Shown here: positions 26,028-34,454 of the stretch, piece after piece
Layout: each line of letters begins with the position of its first letter
How positions within the stretch are numbered: the stretch's first letter is position 1
Assembly: GCA_030650495.1 (NCBI GenBank)
Contig: JAUSEB010000032.1
Coordinates: 1-50,146 of the forward strand
Length of the DNA: 50,146 nt
Reading direction: 5' to 3'
Origin: Armatimonadota bacterium
Lineage (GTDB): Bacteria > Armatimonadota > UBA5829 > JAUSEB01
Notes under the pieces: generated by a model
Database searches by the model: none
Told to the model about the DNA's origin: nothing
Seen by the model: only the letters and a program-made list of their open reading frames with translations
Translations under genes and position numbers: made by a program

Positions 26028-26858
26028 CTATTCAGCCGCCAATATCTCCCGCGCTATCCTTGCGTTTTCCTGTATCTGATTTGCGTGTTTACTGAAAACC
26101 CCGACGGTCACTGTGTCAATCGGCTTGATGTTCGAGTAGGCGAACTCGAACGCCCGGCGAACTTCCTCCGCCGAACCACACCGTCTTCCTGCTCCGAGTA
26201 TCTTAAACGCGACCACCGGCTTGCTTACTTGCCTGATTGTCCGGCACATCCTCTCAGGATCATCCTGCAAAAACTGCTCCTCATGCGCCCTTCCGGTAGC
26301 GACGAAACTCTCTCGCGGCGTTCTACTTAGGTTGTAGAAGCAGCAGGCGTAAAAATCCAAATCCCATCCCTGCGACTCCACTTCCTCGATAACTTCAGGA
26401 TCGTGCGCGCCAAGTCCGATTGCAACGCCCAAGTCGCGCATCATCTTCAGCCGCTCGCGCATTACCCCAAGCCGTCCCATTTGGTAATGCTCGTCAGTCA
26501 CTCCGCCATGCAGATATACAGCCGACGCGCCCCAAGCCTTTATCTGCTGTACGTAGGTGGGAAAATCGCCGATCTCCGGGGCTGTCTGAGCCAGCCATTT
26601 GATAGCGCCGCCCTCATCCCAATACTCTTTCAACAACCGGCGGATGTGCATATCCGCCCTTAGCTGAGCAGTGGTGATGCCGCATCTTTCGCATTCGCGC
26701 AGGTCGTTCTTGATATTGGCGACCGTGTAGTAGTCCAGCATATCATTGCTTAATTCAACGCTCAGGTGGGAGTTTCCGGCGAAGGGATTGCCGCCTACCA
26801 TCAACCGGGAGACGGTCAGGTTTCCCAGTTGGACTTGAGGGAGAGTCATGCTGTCCAT
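26028..26858 (-). CDS. hypothetical protein (276 aa), family not recognised
   Basis: A long ORF with coding-like composition and no competing recognised gene. The N-terminus QLGNLTVSRLMVGGNPFAG is vaguely aldo-keto-reductase/TIM-barrel-like, but this is only an impression. Confidence 0.6.
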   Translation of the reverse strand: MDSMTLPQVQLGNLTVSRLMVGGNPFAGNSHLSVELSNDMLDYYTVANIKNDLRECERCGITTAQLRADMHIRRLLKEYWDEGGAIKWLAQTAPEIGDFPTYVQQIKAWGASAVYLHGGVTDEHYQMGRLGVMRERLKMMRDLGVAIGLGAHDPEVIEEVESQGWDLDFYACCFYNLSRTPRESFVATGRAHEEQFLQDDPERMCRTIRQVSKPVVAFKILGAGRRCGSAEEVRRAFEFAYSNIKPIDTVTVGVFSKHANQIQENARIAREILAAE

Positions 26859-26973
26859 TCAGAACCTCACTTGCAGTATATGCGGCGCCACAATAACCAC
26901 TTCGACACAACAGGCTCCGTTACCCTGCTCTATTAATCACGAAAGCACGAAATTTCAGAAAACACGGATGGGA

Positions 26974-27000
26974 AAGCTGTCAGCTGTCAACTGACAGCTT
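26974..27000. repeat. AGCTGTC-family palindrome
   Basis: aagctgtcag (26974-26983) pairs with ctgacagctt (26991-27000); 7-nt loop. Confidence 0.9.
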
Positions 27001-27012
27001 GAAACTAAGCTC

Positions 27013-27041
27013 TTGCAATACGGCCCGCTAACGAATAGAAT
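27013..27041 (+). promoter_or_regulatory. promoter TTGCAA-17-TAGAAT, predicted leaderless transcript
   Basis: ttgcaa at 27013-27018 and tagaat at 27036-27041. The ATG at 27049 lies 7 nt after the -10 and has no Shine-Dalgarno. Confidence 0.45.
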
Positions 27042-27048
27042 CTGCGTA

Positions 27049-27543
27049 ATGGCAAACACTCAACAATCAGGAACACGAATATACACAATCGGCCACAGCA
27101 GCCACACTCCCGAAGAGTTCGTCAGGCTTTTACGATTGCACGAAATCAAGCTGGTGGTCGATGTCCGCAGCGCGCCCTATAGCAAATACACGCCGCAGTT
27201 CAATAAGTCGGAATTGGAATATATGCTCACCCAGGCGCAAATAGGTTATCGTTACTCCGGCCAACAGCTTGGCGGCAAACCATCCGACGAGTCTCTTTAC
27301 ACGCCTTCGGGCGCTCCCGATTTCGACGGCATCGCATCACGGCCTGAGTTCGCGCGGGAGCTTGAGGCGGTTATCGGCTTAGCGCGCGAGGAGGCAATCG
27401 CCATAATGTGCAGCGAGGGCGAACCAATAATGTGTCACCGCGAACGCCTGCTGGCGCGGCATCTGCGGTCAATGGACGTGGAAGTCCTGCACATACTCCC
27501 GGACGGAACGCTGCTGCGGCAGGAACAAGGGACGTTGTTTTAG
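27049..27543 (+). CDS. DUF488 domain protein (164 aa)
   Basis: RIYTIGHSSHTPEEFVRLL..VVDVRSAPYSKYTPQF...YSGQQLGG...IMCSEGEPIMCHRERL is the typical DUF488 (PF04343, YeaO-like) motif pattern. Confidence 0.85.
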   Translation: MANTQQSGTRIYTIGHSSHTPEEFVRLLRLHEIKLVVDVRSAPYSKYTPQFNKSELEYMLTQAQIGYRYSGQQLGGKPSDESLYTPSGAPDFDGIASRPEFARELEAVIGLAREEAIAIMCSEGEPIMCHRERLLARHLRSMDVEVLHILPDGTLLRQEQGTLF

Positions 27544-27578
27544 CTTTATATTCTATTCAGAGGTAACCAAGAGGGGAT

Positions 27579-29564
27579 TTGAAAAATATCATTCAGCAAT
27601 TAGCGCTAACAATGACTTTCCTATTAGTGGGAAGCGTGTCAGTCACGCAGGCGGCGGAAGCTCCAAAACCAAAAGTTGAGGCTCCTGCTTCCGTTGAAGC
27701 CGCCGATTCAAGGCTGGACCAGAAAATAACCTATAAGGCTGAAAAAGCCACGCTTCCGAAGGTTCTTTCTGACATCAGCAAGCAGACCGGCGTCCTGATG
27801 GGAGTTGCGCCCGGCTCGCGGTTTTGGTCCGTGCGTCAAAGGAAAGTATCTCTTTTCATCAAGGACATGCCTCTTCGCGAGTTTATGAACCAGCTTGAGA
27901 CTCTTCTCGATTACCATTTCACCCGCCAGGGAGAGCCTGACAAATGGGTTTATGCGATCTGGCAGGATATGAAAGGACGAAAAAAAGAGCAGGATACGAT
28001 TCAGCTTCAAAAAGTGGAACTGGAACGGCATCTCAGGCGCGTGATAGATGAGACTCTCAGGGACGCTGAACTCGCGATGCTTATGTTGCCCGAAGACGCG
28101 GAGAAAATAAGGGCGCGTAATCCCTGGCTTGCTTACCTTGCGGGAAATCCAAGAGGAAGAGCTTACGCCGAGCTTCTGATGTCTATTCCCAGGGAGAAGT
28201 TCGATATGCTGATGGATAGAGAGAGACACGGTTTCAGCCTTGAATTATCCGAACTTCCACCGAAAGGGCAGGATGCGCTCAAGAAAATCCAGTCGTTGAT
28301 TGACTTTGATAGGATCATTAAGGACTACGATGGTTACAATGAAAACAAAGATTCCCTGAACGCCCGGCAAGTGACGGAAATATCGCTTTATAATCCAATG
28401 TGTGGCGAAGTAGATAGTTACCCGACACCCCCGCTGCCGTTTTGGCTTAATGTGCAAGCCGGTTCTTTTGGGGTGGATACATTCGTGATTGCGCGGTCTG
28501 ATGTCCCTATGAGTGACATCAAAATATCCCCAGGTGAATGGAATGATGAAGAACGATCCGCGAGAGAAATGCATTCGGATAATCTGCGCGCGCTAAATGA
28601 GAAATCCATCAAGAAAGATAATGAAAAACCGGACCCCGACCTCGAACGCGCAGCCGACTATACGGGAAAGAAACCGGCTGAAGGTCAAAAACAAATAGAC
28701 TTCGAGATGGAGCAATTGGCCGGCCTGTTCGGTCTTAATGTGATGTATGAATGCTTCCCCATTGGCAACTCCGGCTCCATAACCCATGGGAATGAACGCA
28801 AATTGCAAAGGGTCTTGGAAGATTTGGTCTCCCAATATCGCCTTGGTTGGACAAAAACAGGCAATTTGGTCAAGTTCCGCTATCAGAACTGGGCTGAGAG
28901 ACGGTCGTGGGAGATACCCGATGAGTGGGTGCAAGGCTGGCTGGCGCAAATAGAGGAGAAACTGGAACTCGATTTCGACGCGATGGTAGATATGGCGGCC
29001 AGATTGACCGACGCTCAGATCACTCACAACTTCGGTATGTCTTCCGCCAATTGTATTGACGACCCATTGCTTGTTCATGTATTCCTTGCGGCTAACGCCC
29101 ATACAGCGGCTGATGGGCGCGTATTTCTTGAGTTATATGGACGTTTGACTCCGGCGCGAAAAGCCATGATCTGGAGCGAAGAAGGCCTGTCGTTTGAAGA
29201 GATTATGGATGACCCTCTTTATGGAAGGGAATCTCCAACAATAGGCAGCGCTCCGATTTATGATGGCTCTGTTCAGCTTACTAAAAGAAAAATTCCGAAC
29301 TCTCAAGATGACGCCGTATTCTTAGGCGTGAAACAGCGTGTATGGCTAAGAGATTTGTCCCCCGAAGATAGAGAGAGTGTGAACTCCTTCAAACTACAAG
29401 AAGACGTATCGGTGAAAATGGACAACGATTTTGTTGAAATAAGCATGAGTGGAGATTCCCCATTGTTCCCGGTGGACCATGCGAGAGTCAAGGCCGCGCT
29501 TGATAAGCTGAAGCAGGCGCGGGAAAAGGCCGCCGAAGAGAAAAAACAGGCCGGGCAAGATTAA
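27579..29564 (+). CDS. secreted hypothetical protein (661 aa), family not recognised
   Basis: TTG start after gagggga. Signal peptide MKNIIQQLALTMTFLLVGSVSVTQAAEA. The N-terminal segment KATLPKVLSDISKQTGVLMGV is faintly STN/secretin-N-like. Lys/Glu-rich C-terminus. Confidence 0.7.
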   Translation: MKNIIQQLALTMTFLLVGSVSVTQAAEAPKPKVEAPASVEAADSRLDQKITYKAEKATLPKVLSDISKQTGVLMGVAPGSRFWSVRQRKVSLFIKDMPLREFMNQLETLLDYHFTRQGEPDKWVYAIWQDMKGRKKEQDTIQLQKVELERHLRRVIDETLRDAELAMLMLPEDAEKIRARNPWLAYLAGNPRGRAYAELLMSIPREKFDMLMDRERHGFSLELSELPPKGQDALKKIQSLIDFDRIIKDYDGYNENKDSLNARQVTEISLYNPMCGEVDSYPTPPLPFWLNVQAGSFGVDTFVIARSDVPMSDIKISPGEWNDEERSAREMHSDNLRALNEKSIKKDNEKPDPDLERAADYTGKKPAEGQKQIDFEMEQLAGLFGLNVMYECFPIGNSGSITHGNERKLQRVLEDLVSQYRLGWTKTGNLVKFRYQNWAERRSWEIPDEWVQGWLAQIEEKLELDFDAMVDMAARLTDAQITHNFGMSSANCIDDPLLVHVFLAANAHTAADGRVFLELYGRLTPARKAMIWSEEGLSFEEIMDDPLYGRESPTIGSAPIYDGSVQLTKRKIPNSQDDAVFLGVKQRVWLRDLSPEDRESVNSFKLQEDVSVKMDNDFVEISMSGDSPLFPVDHARVKAALDKLKQAREKAAEEKKQAGQD

Positions 29565-29581
29565 AGTCGAAGGGGTTTATT

Positions 29582-30022
29582 TTGACTATCTATACAATAG
29601 GCCACACGAAGAAGAACCTGAAAAAGTTCATCGAACTGCTCACCGGCGCGGGCGTTGACGCCGTGATAGACATACGCCTCAACAACAAGTCCCAGCTTGC
29701 GGGTTACGCCAAGCAGGACGACCTGTCATTTCTATTGGAGACGTGTTTCAACATACGCTATCTGCATTTGCCTGAACTTGCGCCGACAAAAGAATTGCTC
29801 GACCGTTATCGCACTGACAAGAATTGGCAGCAATATGAGTTAGAATTCACTGAAATCATCCGCGAGCGTGACGCAATAGCGCGCGCAATGCCGGTTATCT
29901 CAGAGTTCGAGCGACCATGCCTGCTCTGCAGCGAGCATCAACCGGCGAAATGCCATAGGAGGCTTGTCGCGGAGCTATTCGCGGCGCGGGATAACGGCCT
30001 GGAGGTGGTCCATCTGCCGTGA
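29582..30022 (+). CDS. DUF488 domain protein, second diverged paralogue (146 aa)
   Basis: TIYTIGHTKKNLKKFIELL..VIDIRLNNKSQ...LLCSEHQPAKCHRRLVAE. TTG start after gaagggg. Confidence 0.85.
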   Translation: MTIYTIGHTKKNLKKFIELLTGAGVDAVIDIRLNNKSQLAGYAKQDDLSFLLETCFNIRYLHLPELAPTKELLDRYRTDKNWQQYELEFTEIIRERDAIARAMPVISEFERPCLLCSEHQPAKCHRRLVAELFAARDNGLEVVHLP

Positions 30023-30702
30023 CGGACGAGATCGTAGTACTTGCGGTCACTAAGATGTTGAGCGGGATGTGCATCGGAGGCATTTCGCTATCGACTGGCG
30101 AGTGGGTCAGGCCGATCAAGGAGTTCGGGACCATACTCCCCGGCGACCTGGCTTACGTGGACGGCGCCCCAATTCGCCCATTTGATGTGGTCGAGTTTTC
30201 ATTGGCCAAACATCGGCCAAAGGCTCCTCACATAGAGGATTGGGTTTGCGACTTCATAAGAGAACGCCCGGTATTAGCCCGGCGGTTGGAAGAGCGGGAA
30301 CGAGAGGCGTTCCTACAAAAACATGCCGAGCCGGGCGGCTACGAGGAAATCACGAATCAGAAACGATCACTCTGCCTACTCGACTCGCAGGAGGCGCAGG
30401 CGCTTTTCTCATTGGACGCTTATTCGGGCAAGTACCAAGCCAGACTCTATTTTCCCGCTCTTGGACGGCAGCGCGCCGTCCCCGTCACCGACATCAAGTG
30501 GAGGGCATTGGGAAGGCGTTTGATTGGAGATGGAGGGCGCGTAAAGCTAAGCGCGGAGCAATTGCGCGAGATAACCGGGGCGCGTAGTATCTATCCGGCC
30601 ATTGGGCTGAGCCGCCAGTACGAGGGGAAGTTCTGGCCGCTGATAGTCGGGGTCCACTGTTTGCCGGATTATGAGGCCGAAGTTGACTACAGGAATTTGT
30701 GA
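30019..30702 (+). CDS. hypothetical protein (227 aa) translationally coupled to DUF488 and RecQ
   Basis: The GTG start overlaps the DUF488 stop (GTGA, 30019-22), and its own stop TGA (30700-02) overlaps the recQ start. The N-terminus VVLAVTKMLSGMCIGGISLSTGEWVRPI is not a family I can name with confidence. Confidence 0.7.
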   Translation: MTDEIVVLAVTKMLSGMCIGGISLSTGEWVRPIKEFGTILPGDLAYVDGAPIRPFDVVEFSLAKHRPKAPHIEDWVCDFIRERPVLARRLEEREREAFLQKHAEPGGYEEITNQKRSLCLLDSQEAQALFSLDAYSGKYQARLYFPALGRQRAVPVTDIKWRALGRRLIGDGGRVKLSAEQLREITGARSIYPAIGLSRQYEGKFWPLIVGVHCLPDYEAEVDYRNL

Positions 30703-32957
30703 TGAAATGGACATTTAGGCTAAATAAACCGGACGATAAGCTTGAACCGGCGGGCGCTCCCACCGGATACAGGAAAGAGGGATTTGCTCGTCCTCGGCGA
30801 GTTGGCGGAGTTGGTTTCGGGAACAAGATTCCCGAAACACCAACAACACCAAACACTAAGTCGGTTTCGGGGAAAGGGTTCCCCGAAACAACGGGAACAC
30901 CAAATTCCAAGCCGGTTTCGGGGAAGGGGTTCCCCGAAACAACGAGCGAATTCGTCCGCGAGCCTCTGCGGGAGCCTGAGACAAATCCTGAGTTGGAAGC
31001 GAATCTGAGGAAGCTCTTCGGCCACAGTTCGTTTCGCAAGGGACAGCAGGCGATTATCGAATCAATTTTGGATGGCAAAAGCACGCTTGCTATCATGCCG
31101 ACCGGCGCGGGCAAGTCGTTGTGCTATCAACTTCCCGCGCTCCTTGCGGACCCGACGACACTCGTCGTTTCGCCTCTTATAGCTCTTATGAAGGACCAGG
31201 TCGAGGGGCTGCCCGACACGGTTCAACATGCGACTACGCTTATTAACAGTTCCCTGGAAAGCGATGATCTGGAAAAGCGTGTCGCGGAAATAAAAGCCGG
31301 ACGTTATAAGCTGGTCTATGCGGCTCCTGAGCGGCTCCGGCAGCGTCCTTTTCTTCACGCTCTGGCGACGTGTGGGATTTCACTGCTTGTTGTGGACGAG
31401 GCCCACTGCCTGAGCATGTGGGGCCATGATTTCCGTCCCGATTATCTATACATCGGCAAGGCTTTGGATATGCTCGGCAACCCGACGCTTTTAGCGATGA
31501 CGGCCACCGCCGCGCCGGAAACACAACGGGAAATCTCGGCCTATCTGGGCCGCAAGCTTGAGATTGTGAACGCGGGGACCTTCAGGCCAAATCTCAGGCT
31601 TGAGTCCAGGATTCTTAAAAACAACGAGGAGAAAGCGCGGGAGTTAGTCGCTCTTTGCAACGAGATGAGCGGTTCGGGCATAGTCTATGTTTCGTCCCGC
31701 GAGCGCGCGGAGCGGCTGGCAATTCTTCTGCGCAGGCACAATGTCCGCGCAAAATACTATCATGCCGGGATGGAGCCGCAGGAGCGCAGTCAGACACAGG
31801 ATGAGTTTATGGATGACCGATATAGAGTCATAGTCGCTACGGTCGCGTTCGGGATGGGCGTGGATAAAGCCGACGTGCGATTTGTGATTCACTATTCGCT
31901 GCCTCATTCCATCGAGAACTACTATCAGGAAGCCGGGCGGGCGGGACGCGACGGCAAGCCTTCGCGCTGCATTCTGTTGAGCACATCGAGCGATAAGGCC
32001 AATCTGACCCGCTGGATGAACAGCGAGCGGATAAACATGGAGAACCTCCGGGACACGTACCGCGCGATCACACGGCGAATACCGTCGGGCGGCGGCAACA
32101 TAATCCACGACGATGATCTGCGGCGTGACGCGCAAATTGACGAGACAAAGACGCGCGTGGCCATCAGTTTGTTGGAAAAAGCCGGTATGCTTGTCCGGCA
32201 CTTCGACCTGCCGGTGACCGCAAACATAGGCGTTCGATCAGCGGGAGGAATTACAGATCAGGAGTTCACCCAATTTGTCGACAAAGCGCGGCTCCGGCCT
32301 AATCAGCGCCTGGCTATCGAGACTTTGGAACTGGTCGAACGCACGGGGATTCCCGCCACTGAAATCGAAGGCTTGCTCCTCAAATGGCGCGACTTTGGGT
32401 GGATTAACTATCGAAGCTCAGGCCGCGCCATGTTCTTAGAGAGGCCTCCCGCCAGGCCGGGAATGCGCGAGCTTCTTGATGACATGCTGCGCAGATATGA
32501 GAGCGAGCAGTTACGGCGGGTGGAGCGCATGGCCGAATACGCCAAGAGCAAGCATTGCAGGCACGGTATGATCGCCGCTCATTTCGGCGACGCTCCCATC
32601 AAACGCTGCGGCCAGTGTGACGTTTGCGATCCGGGGAAGACCTCATCCGCCGCTCCCGCCCCGACTGGGCCAAGCGTGTCGAAAGCGGAGACACGAGCGA
32701 TTATACTTCAAGCCGTCGCCACGGTTCCATATCCCGTTGGCTGGACGGGACTTTTCAGGCTGCTTAAAGGCTCGATTGAAAGCTCGATCACAAAAGACAA
32801 ATGTCCATATTTCGGCGCGCTGGCGGGGGAGACCAAATCGGAGGTTGAGAACGCTATTAGCGAGCTATTGGAACAAGGCTATCTGGAGCGTGACACCGGC
32901 GAATTCCGCCTGCTTTCCCTCACGGCAAAGGGCCGCGCCGCGATTAAATCCACGTAA
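30699..32957 (+). CDS. recQ: RecQ-family ATP-dependent DNA helicase with ~100-aa repeat-encoded N-terminal extension
   Basis: Motif I MPTGAGKSLCYQLPA, DEAH box LVVDEAHCLSMWGHDFRPDY, VATVAFGMGVDKADVRFVIHYSLPHSIENYYQEAGRAGRDG, Zn-binding CRHG..CGQCDVC. An in-frame TTG at 30993 is an alternative start downstream of the repeats. Confidence 0.9.
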   Translation: MMKWTFRLNKPDDKLEPAGAPTGYRKEGFARPRRVGGVGFGNKIPETPTTPNTKSVSGKGFPETTGTPNSKPVSGKGFPETTSEFVREPLREPETNPELEANLRKLFGHSSFRKGQQAIIESILDGKSTLAIMPTGAGKSLCYQLPALLADPTTLVVSPLIALMKDQVEGLPDTVQHATTLINSSLESDDLEKRVAEIKAGRYKLVYAAPERLRQRPFLHALATCGISLLVVDEAHCLSMWGHDFRPDYLYIGKALDMLGNPTLLAMTATAAPETQREISAYLGRKLEIVNAGTFRPNLRLESRILKNNEEKARELVALCNEMSGSGIVYVSSRERAERLAILLRRHNVRAKYYHAGMEPQERSQTQDEFMDDRYRVIVATVAFGMGVDKADVRFVIHYSLPHSIENYYQEAGRAGRDGKPSRCILLSTSSDKANLTRWMNSERINMENLRDTYRAITRRIPSGGGNIIHDDDLRRDAQIDETKTRVAISLLEKAGMLVRHFDLPVTANIGVRSAGGITDQEFTQFVDKARLRPNQRLAIETLELVERTGIPATEIEGLLLKWRDFGWINYRSSGRAMFLERPPARPGMRELLDDMLRRYESEQLRRVERMAEYAKSKHCRHGMIAAHFGDAPIKRCGQCDVCDPGKTSSAAPAPTGPSVSKAETRAIILQAVATVPYPVGWTGLFRLLKGSIESSITKDKCPYFGALAGETKSEVENAISELLEQGYLERDTGEFRLLSLTAKGRAAIKST
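30813..30944 (+). repeat. three tandem ~50-nt units, each with a gtttcggg(g)a..tcccc(g)aaac palindrome, inside the recQ 5' region
   Basis: Palindromes at 30814-30838, 30864-30889 and 30915-30940. They are read in frame as GFGNKIPETP / VSGKGFPETT / VSGKGFPETT. Confidence 0.9.
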
Positions 32958-32969
32958 TCATCGTTAATC

Positions 32970-33000
32970 GGTTTCGGGAACAAGATTCCCGAAACACCAA
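32970..33000 (+). repeat. 31-nt exact copy of 30813-30843 immediately after the recQ stop
   Basis: ggtttcgggaacaagattcccgaaacaccaa is identical at both places; 10-bp stem palindrome. Confidence 0.95.
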
Positions 33001-33022
33001 ATTAGATAACGTAACGCATACC

Positions 33023-33143
33023 GTCATCCTGAGCGAAGCCGAAGGATCTACACAGGCCCCGATTTTCGAGGGCAGGTAAGGGATAAGTCGAGACGTTACG
33101 TTATATATACAACTGATTAGATTCTTCACTTCGTTCAGAATGA
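33023..33143 (+). mobile_element. MITE-like element, copy A (variant core)
   Basis: The ends gtcatcctgagcgaagccgaaggatc and gattcttcacttcgttcagaatgac are followed by gggtttgcggc. The core edges tacacagg.. and ..tatatatacaactgattag match copy C, but the middle differs. Confidence 0.7.
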
Positions 33144-33178
33144 CGGGTTTGCGGCGCTTTCTGCGCTTCATCCCCCAA

Positions 33179-34318
33179 TCATTCAGCTTCCTTGGGCGTG
33201 GATTCAGCCTCGACCGGTCTGAAGAACAGGCCTGAAACTTCTAAAGAGCTGTTGAAAGTGACTTGTATATCGATCTTGCCGTTTTCAAACTTGCAGCCTA
33301 CAAATACAACGTCATACGGAGCGACTTTCTCCACCCGCGAGCCGGTTCGACGATTGAACGCGCCGCCTTTCTCAGCTATATCCTGCCAAGCTTTGGCAAG
33401 TTTCGCGGCGGGCAGGGCAGCCTTCATCTGATTATCAAAACTCTGCGCCGCTGTCAAGAAGTCGTCTTTCAAAAGGAGATCGACAAATGCTTCCGCGCAC
33501 GACTTCAATTCCGCTTCGCTGGCCGCCTCTTTCGTCATAACATCAAAACCACTGATCTGCCTGCTCTCGTCGAAATTGATGTTGAGCATCAGGGTGGATT
33601 TCTCGAACTCGCAGGCCAGAAGCACGGCCGTGGATTTGCCCGTGGACGCAACCCCGCCGCGAGCGTCTCCGCATTTCTTGAAAGCTCCGTTGGCGGAGAG
33701 CGCTCGCTCCCACTTCTGCTTCAGTTTCGCCGCGCCGGTTTCGGCGTTTGTGGCGTCAGTTGTAAAAGTCACCGCGTCGGAATACTCCTTTTTTGCCAGA
33801 ACCCCGACAAACTCGCCAGCCAGAGACACGAGTTTCTCATCCGGCGGAGGCGGTTTCAATACTGATAAATTCTGTTGTGAAGCCTCGCCTGTTGGCTGGC
33901 TAACGGCTGGAGCCTGCTGAACGGGCAGAAAATAAAGTCCACTGACACGTTTGGATGTGTTAAAAGCGATCTGGATGTTGACAACAGACTTCTGAAATTC
34001 AGATTTCGCGACCACAACATCGAATCGCTGGCCATCCTGATCGGCAACCTCGAGGTGAACGCCAAGCTGGCCTTTGTATGCGCCGGCCTGCTCTATCAAA
34101 GCTTTCCAGTTCTGCCGGAGTTTGTCTTCGGGCATTGTCGCTTTCATGTTGCTGTCGAAGTTTCTGACGACTCTGGAGAAATCCTCCTTTACCAGATAAT
34201 CGATAATCGTATTCGCGGCGGGCACAAGAGCGCCTGCCCGCGATGCGGATTGTTGGGCTAGAACCGCCTGGGCCGATAGTGAGAATATTATTAAAACGGC
34301 GCAAACAAGCTTTTTCAC
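33179..34318 (-). CDS. secreted protein with three tandem DUF3887-like domains
   Basis: Signal peptide MKKLVCAVLIIFSLSAQAVLA. The pattern F(D)xxMKxxxPxxKLxxxWxxxxxxxGAFxx...V..FN.S..VSG(L/F) occurs three times. Confidence 0.7.
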   Translation of the reverse strand: MKKLVCAVLIIFSLSAQAVLAQQSASRAGALVPAANTIIDYLVKEDFSRVVRNFDSNMKATMPEDKLRQNWKALIEQAGAYKGQLGVHLEVADQDGQRFDVVVAKSEFQKSVVNIQIAFNTSKRVSGLYFLPVQQAPAVSQPTGEASQQNLSVLKPPPPDEKLVSLAGEFVGVLAKKEYSDAVTFTTDATNAETGAAKLKQKWERALSANGAFKKCGDARGGVASTGKSTAVLLACEFEKSTLMLNINFDESRQISGFDVMTKEAASEAELKSCAEAFVDLLLKDDFLTAAQSFDNQMKAALPAAKLAKAWQDIAEKGGAFNRRTGSRVEKVAPYDVVFVGCKFENGKIDIQVTFNSSLEVSGLFFRPVEAESTPKEAE

Positions 34319-34349
34319 TTATATCTCCTTTAAGTGCGCGTTACTTTTA

Positions 34350-34451
34350 CGATGTTTCGGGATTTTGGTTATCCGCTATCCGATGTATCTTCTCTAACCA
34401 AAGCTTTCCGTATACCTTGGCTTATCCCATAGCCGAAATCCCGAAACATCG
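34350..34451. repeat. gtttcggga-family hairpin (16-bp stem, 70-nt loop)
   Basis: cgatgtttcgggattt (34350-34365) pairs with aaatcccgaaacatcg (34436-34451). Confidence 0.9.
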
Positions 34452-34454
34452 GAC

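Noticed and set aside
30813-30944. CRISPR-like look: three ~26-nt palindromic repeats spaced by ~24 nt.
   Set aside because: There are only three units, and the 'spacers' are homologous to each other (..acaccaaacactaag.. versus ..acaccaaattccaag..), so it is a plain ~50-nt tandem repeat. It lies in frame in an ORF, and no cas genes or leader are present.
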